IMG/VR virus record: IMGVR_UViG_3300005253_000126
From: an uncultured virus (IMG/VR IMGVR_UViG_3300005253_000126)
Taxonomy: Duplodnaviria > Heunggongvirae > Uroviricota > Caudoviricetes
Direction: 5' to 3' (one strand)
Length of the DNA: 27,883 nt
Shown: in pieces, positions 24,803 through 27,883 of the stretch
Layout of the letters: each line of letters starts with the position of its first letter
Numbering within the stretch: the first letter of the stretch is position 1
The notes under the pieces: generated by a model
What the model saw: the letters and a program-made list of their open reading frames with translations, nothing else
Told to the model about the DNA's origin: nothing
The model's database searches: none
Position numbers and translations under genes: made by a program

Positions 24803-25026
24803 ACGCGCGCCTCGACGAACTTCCTGGCCGCGGCCAAGGCTTCATCGGTGCTATCGCGAACGTGCGACCAGTCCCAGTCTAGGCCATTGGCCTTCAGCTC
24901 CGAGACCGTGAAGGTCCCGTAACCGTCACACAATGCGAACGCCCGGTCATGATCGGCGGCCGACAGCACGTGCCGGTTAGGGCTGGTGTGGTAAAGAAAA
25001 TTGTGAAGGTATTTCAGGTCGGTCAT
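24799..25026 (-). CDS. Hypothetical protein, first gene after a promoter
   Basis: 75 aa, GAGGA RBS. Confidence 0.7.
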   Translation of the reverse strand: MTDLKYLHNFLYHTSPNRHVLSAADHDRAFALCDGYGTFTVSELKANGLDWDWSHVRDSTDEALAAARKFVEARV

Positions 25027-25055
25027 CGTAAGATCCTCTGTCTGTCTCTATCCCA

Positions 25056-25115
25056 AGAATAGACCAGATTCAGAAGATCGCAAGGACTACCCGACGAACG
25101 GTCTGACGAACGGTC
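25056..25115 (-). promoter_or_regulatory. sigma70-like promoter TTGCGA-N16-TATTCT with tandem GACCGTTCGTC boxes
   Basis: -10 at 25056-25061, -35 at 25078-25083, boxes at 25093-25103 and 25105-25115. Confidence 0.65.
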
Positions 25116-25124
25116 ATATCGCCG

Positions 25125-25138
25125 TCCACACGTGTGGA
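25125..25138. promoter_or_regulatory. Palindrome copy 4, TCCACACGTGTGGA
   Basis: Perfect 14-bp core; a 2-mismatch copy TCTACACGTATGGA lies at 25207-25220. Confidence 0.75.
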
Positions 25139-25319
25139 TGACCCCGTGGAGACCAACTTCCCCAGCCCTCGGTCGAGGGCTCTGATTCTGACCGTCCACG
25201 AGATCATCTACACGTATGGATAAGGTTCCCGGCCAGTAGAGCAGAGGTGATGATCCCGTCGCGCCTCATGTCAAAGCGCTCCACCGCTGGCCGGGGCCCA
25301 GTGGTGACGGGTGACCAAT

Positions 25320-25508
25320 TCAGTCTTTATTCAGCTCCTCACAGATCTCCTGTGCGTGTTCCTTCGTCAGTCCTGTATCCAGCACCATGCGCTTGCTTGG
25401 CAAATAGGTCCCATAGGTGCCCCTGGGATATGGAAACTCACACCTGCGAACCTCCCACAGGTTCCCGCGCCACCTCTTCCAGAGTCGCTTGAAAAATCGC
25501 TTGATCAC
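25320..25508 (-). CDS. Hypothetical protein
   Basis: GTGA overlap, GGAG RBS; MIKRFFKRLW...AQEICEELN. Confidence 0.6.
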   Translation of the reverse strand: MIKRFFKRLWKRWRGNLWEVRRCEFPYPRGTYGTYLPSKRMVLDTGLTKEHAQEICEELNKD

Positions 25509-26398
25509 AGTTGACTCTCCGGGATCGACGGGTTGAGCATTATAAACCCCACCACATTCCTGCCCCGCACCATGTAATCGTAGAGAACCCAGTCTATGAT
25601 CGTCGTGTTCTTGCGCAGGTGCTTGTTCAACAAGACCTCCACCTGAAGGCATTGACCCGCCGTCAGCTTGGGGTGAGACATACGCACAGGATGACGCGCA
25701 TCTTCCGCGGCGTTGCCCGGCTCTACCTCCTGGGTGGAATCCAAGGCCTCCTGAATATCGTTCTCTATGCCCTTCGCCATTGCCTTCTCGATCCCCTTTC
25801 GAAGGTCGACATCTACCCCCTTCCCCGTTTTGACGATCAGGTCCTTGTCCTTGAACGTCTCGCGCGCGGGCGCGCGGTCGGGCGCGCGGGTAGGCGCGGG
25901 CGCGGATACATCCTCGACCCCCTTGTACACGTGGTCGGGGTTACCGAATACATAACGCACAGGCGCACCGAACGCATCCTGCAATGCCCTCGCCTTCATC
26001 GCAGCCTCAGGCCAGTGCCCAGACTTGCGCTTCATCCACGGAAGACCTTCATCGGCGGCCATCGCCCTGATGATCGCGCCGCCCAGGGCCACCTGGAGAC
26101 CTCGGGCTCGGTTGGGTGTGTCACCGTTGCGTGGTGATGCCTTCCAGATCCCGTGCACCTTGCCGGTCCCGATGCTGATCACCTCGACCACGGTCATGAA
26201 CGTCGCCCGACGGCGCTCGTTCTTCGTGCTGTTGCCTGCATGGAGGTGCCTGATGCGAACATACAGATGCTCGGGGATCACCAGGTGACTCACCGGAACC
26301 CCCAGGACCGTGCCTACGCCCTTCGGCGGCTTGTACCTGGGGAGTTTGTTCGTGTAGCCTTCCTCTATCGTGTACCCTGTATGTTCTTCGGTCATCAC
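25505..26398 (-). CDS. Hypothetical protein
   Basis: 297 aa with an Ala/Pro linker; GTGA overlaps. Confidence 0.7.
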   Translation of the reverse strand: MMTEEHTGYTIEEGYTNKLPRYKPPKGVGTVLGVPVSHLVIPEHLYVRIRHLHAGNSTKNERRRATFMTVVEVISIGTGKVHGIWKASPRNGDTPNRARGLQVALGGAIIRAMAADEGLPWMKRKSGHWPEAAMKARALQDAFGAPVRYVFGNPDHVYKGVEDVSAPAPTRAPDRAPARETFKDKDLIVKTGKGVDVDLRKGIEKAMAKGIENDIQEALDSTQEVEPGNAAEDARHPVRMSHPKLTAGQCLQVEVLLNKHLRKNTTIIDWVLYDYMVRGRNVVGFIMLNPSIPESQL

Positions 26399-26640
26399 AG
26401 CCCTCTCTCAAAGTCTCGTGCAAACGGATACCGGTCGTCATCCCCCATGCGGATCATCCGACGGACGATGTGCTTTGTCCAGATCTCAAGGTTCATCGAC
26501 TTGATGCTTCCCGCGTGATGGTCTCGAATGTAGCCCACGGCCTGCACCATCGGCATGTACGTGGCATTACCCGCTACCAGCTCGGCCAGGGCATCCTCCA
26601 GGTCATTGAGACGGGGGAATGCTATCACGTCAGCGGTCAT
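26395..26640 (-). CDS. Hypothetical protein
   Basis: MTADVIAFPR...; ATGA overlap. Confidence 0.6.
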   Translation of the reverse strand: MTADVIAFPRLNDLEDALAELVAGNATYMPMVQAVGYIRDHHAGSIKSMNLEIWTKHIVRRMIRMGDDDRYPFARDFERGL

Positions 26641-26810
26641 GCCAAGAACCCCCAAATGAGCCCAGCCCCGATAACGAATACCCCCAGCCCCCTCAGATAG
26701 TTGCGGGTGAAGATGCGGTCGCGCTCAGCCTTGAGGCAAGAGCACAATTTATCATCCTTCAAACAGTGCAAGGGCTTAGTGCCCCAGATCTTGCAATCAC
26801 GGGCGGTCAT
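26637..26810 (-). CDS. 57-aa Cys-rich protein with C-terminal TM (not in ORF track)
   Basis: GAGGGG RBS; MTARDCKIWG...GLGVFVIGAGLIWGFLA*. Confidence 0.55.
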   Translation of the reverse strand: MTARDCKIWGTKPLHCLKDDKLCSCLKAERDRIFTRNYLRGLGVFVIGAGLIWGFLA

Positions 26811-27033
26811 AAGGCCCCCTCTCGTCTTCGCCGCCGATCTCCATGTCGTAGACCATGCCCACGTTGAACTGTGAAGCCTTGACCCCAGTCACACGATTTA
26901 TGGTCAAGGTGACCACGTCATGCTCACTGGAGAATTCCACGGTCCAGAATGTAGGCACAGTCTCTCCTGGCGTATGAATCCCGCGAAGGGGAGTAGTGTG
27001 CGTCTTCGAGATACATCTCATCTTGGTCTTCAC
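26797..27033 (-). CDS. Hypothetical protein
   Basis: 78 aa, GGAGG RBS, GTGA overlap. Confidence 0.65.
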   Translation of the reverse strand: MKTKMRCISKTHTTPLRGIHTPGETVPTFWTVEFSSEHDVVTLTINRVTGVKASQFNVGMVYDMEIGGEDERGPYDRP

Positions 27034-27260
27034 TCTGTCACCTCCTCTTTCTTCGCGCAGATATTCACGATCATGCCCTTGTCGAGCACCATCATGAACT
27101 GATCCATGGGCTTCGCCCAGTCCGGGCCCGTTCTCGGCACCGGCTTATACGTCGACACCTTGACGACGCAAGGCGGCTGTACGGGTTCGATCTTGCACGC
27201 TGGCTTCCCTAGGCATAGCTGGAAAATCAGCGCGAGGGCTGTGAAATCGGTAGTCATCAT
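27030..27260 (-). CDS. Hypothetical Cys-containing protein, possibly exported (start uncertain)
   Basis: MMTTDFTALALIFQLC...; GAGGTG upstream. Confidence 0.5.
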   Translation of the reverse strand: MMTTDFTALALIFQLCLGKPACKIEPVQPPCVVKVSTYKPVPRTGPDWAKPMDQFMMVLDKGMIVNICAKKEEVTE

Positions 27261-27494
27261 CACCTCTTCTGCTAAAGATAGCCCACTGCTCTGGGCTGTC
27301 AAGATCCTCTCTGAGGAAGATGACCTGAGCTGGCCCGTTCATTAGCTCTGTCCGCCCGTGAGCGAGCCAAAGCCTCTGTCCACTCAGATCACCTTCCTCG
27401 GAGCCCTGGACTTACGTCCGTCTAGGTGCCGTCGCACCGCCGACCAGGGTCATGTTGTTATGCGTCCCTCTCGTTCTCCTCCGTCCAGGTGTTA

Positions 27495-27648
27495 GATGAT
27501 GCTTACTGCATCCCACTGCTTTCGATTCAGTGCCTGGCTGGATCAGAGCCTGGTGAGCCTGCCGGTAGTGGAGGTCCGGGCCTCCGTTTTATGCCGTTCA
27601 ACTACCGCCCTGGTGGGCTGCTCATTTCAAGATGCAGTAAGCATCATC
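27495..27648. ncRNA. Candidate structured ncRNA closed by an 18-bp perfect inverted repeat
   Basis: GATGATGCTTACTGCATC (27495-27512) / GATGCAGTAAGCATCATC (27631-27648) with several nested internal stems; no minus-strand ORF. Confidence 0.6.
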
Positions 27649-27759
27649 CCTAAAAATCTGAAGGGCTTCAGTTTCGCGATTTACGTGACCGCCCTCCTCG
27701 CCACACCGTACCTGGTCTCGCTGTGCACGCTCCACCAGGCCAATAGGCACCGTTTAAGA

Positions 27760-27861
27760 TGGTCCCCAGGGAGGGGGACTCGAACCCCCTTCGGCTGACT
27801 CAGACCGTGCATGGTCCTCAAACATCAGCTTGCCACCCCGCATGCACACAAAGGCCCTGGC
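27760..27861 (-). ncRNA. tRNA-like element (T-arm, partial acceptor stem, CCA end; no canonical D/anticodon arms)
   Basis: 3' end reads GGGGG-TTCGAGT-CCCCC-TCCCTGGGG-ACCA; upstream CCAGGG can pair with CCCTGG. Confidence 0.5.
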
Positions 27862-27883
27862 ATGAAATCGTGCCTCCCTGCCG

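Noticed and set aside
27145..27342. 65-aa ORF MNGPAQVIFL...
   Set aside because: Overlaps 27030-27260 extensively in another frame; the real one cannot be decided, so the ORF coupled to the downstream gene was kept.
27513..27560. Hammerhead ribozyme (CTGA...GAAA on the minus strand)
   Set aside because: The CUGANGA core is not present (CTGATCC, CTGAATC) and the stem order does not fit.
27495..27648. MITE or IS remnant with 18-bp terminal inverted repeats
   Set aside because: No target-site duplication (flanks TTA and CCT), single copy in the window, no transposase. Not fully excluded without the whole genome.
1..27883. Alternative genetic code, intron or intein in polymerase, portal or capsid; reverse transcriptase or DGR
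   Set aside because: Core genes are uninterrupted and of normal length in the standard code; no intein, homing endonuclease, RT or TR/VR pair was recognised.

Overview
This window is part of a tailed dsDNA bacteriophage genome (or prophage). Every credible gene is on the minus strand and many are coupled through ATGA/GTGA overlaps. Read in the direction of transcription (right to left), it contains five blocks. (1) A non-coding block at about 27.35-27.88 kb with a tRNA-like element and at least one highly structured RNA closed by an 18-bp perfect inverted repeat. (2) About 35 small hypothetical genes, with a MazG-like pyrophosphatase and an atypical tRNA-Ile(GAT). (3) A nucleotide-metabolism, regulation and replication block: nucleoside deoxyribosyltransferase-like protein, DEDDh exonuclease, membrane-anchored lytic transglycosylase, dNMP kinase, Zn-ribbon/wHTH regulator, tandem CsrA-like protein and a family A DNA polymerase. 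(4) One separately transcribed gene. (5) A PBSX-type head module: portal, MuF/gp7 fused to a zeta-toxin-like kinase, XkdF-like protease, scaffold and XkdG-like major capsid protein. The most unusual element is a small basic gene inside the head module (3163-3702). It carries a copy of the capsid N-terminal peptide conserved at protein level, placed between two Cys motifs it shares with the scaffold, and the gene is bracketed by a palindrome that recurs four times in the window. All family assignments come from motif recognition by eye; no database search or folding program was run.
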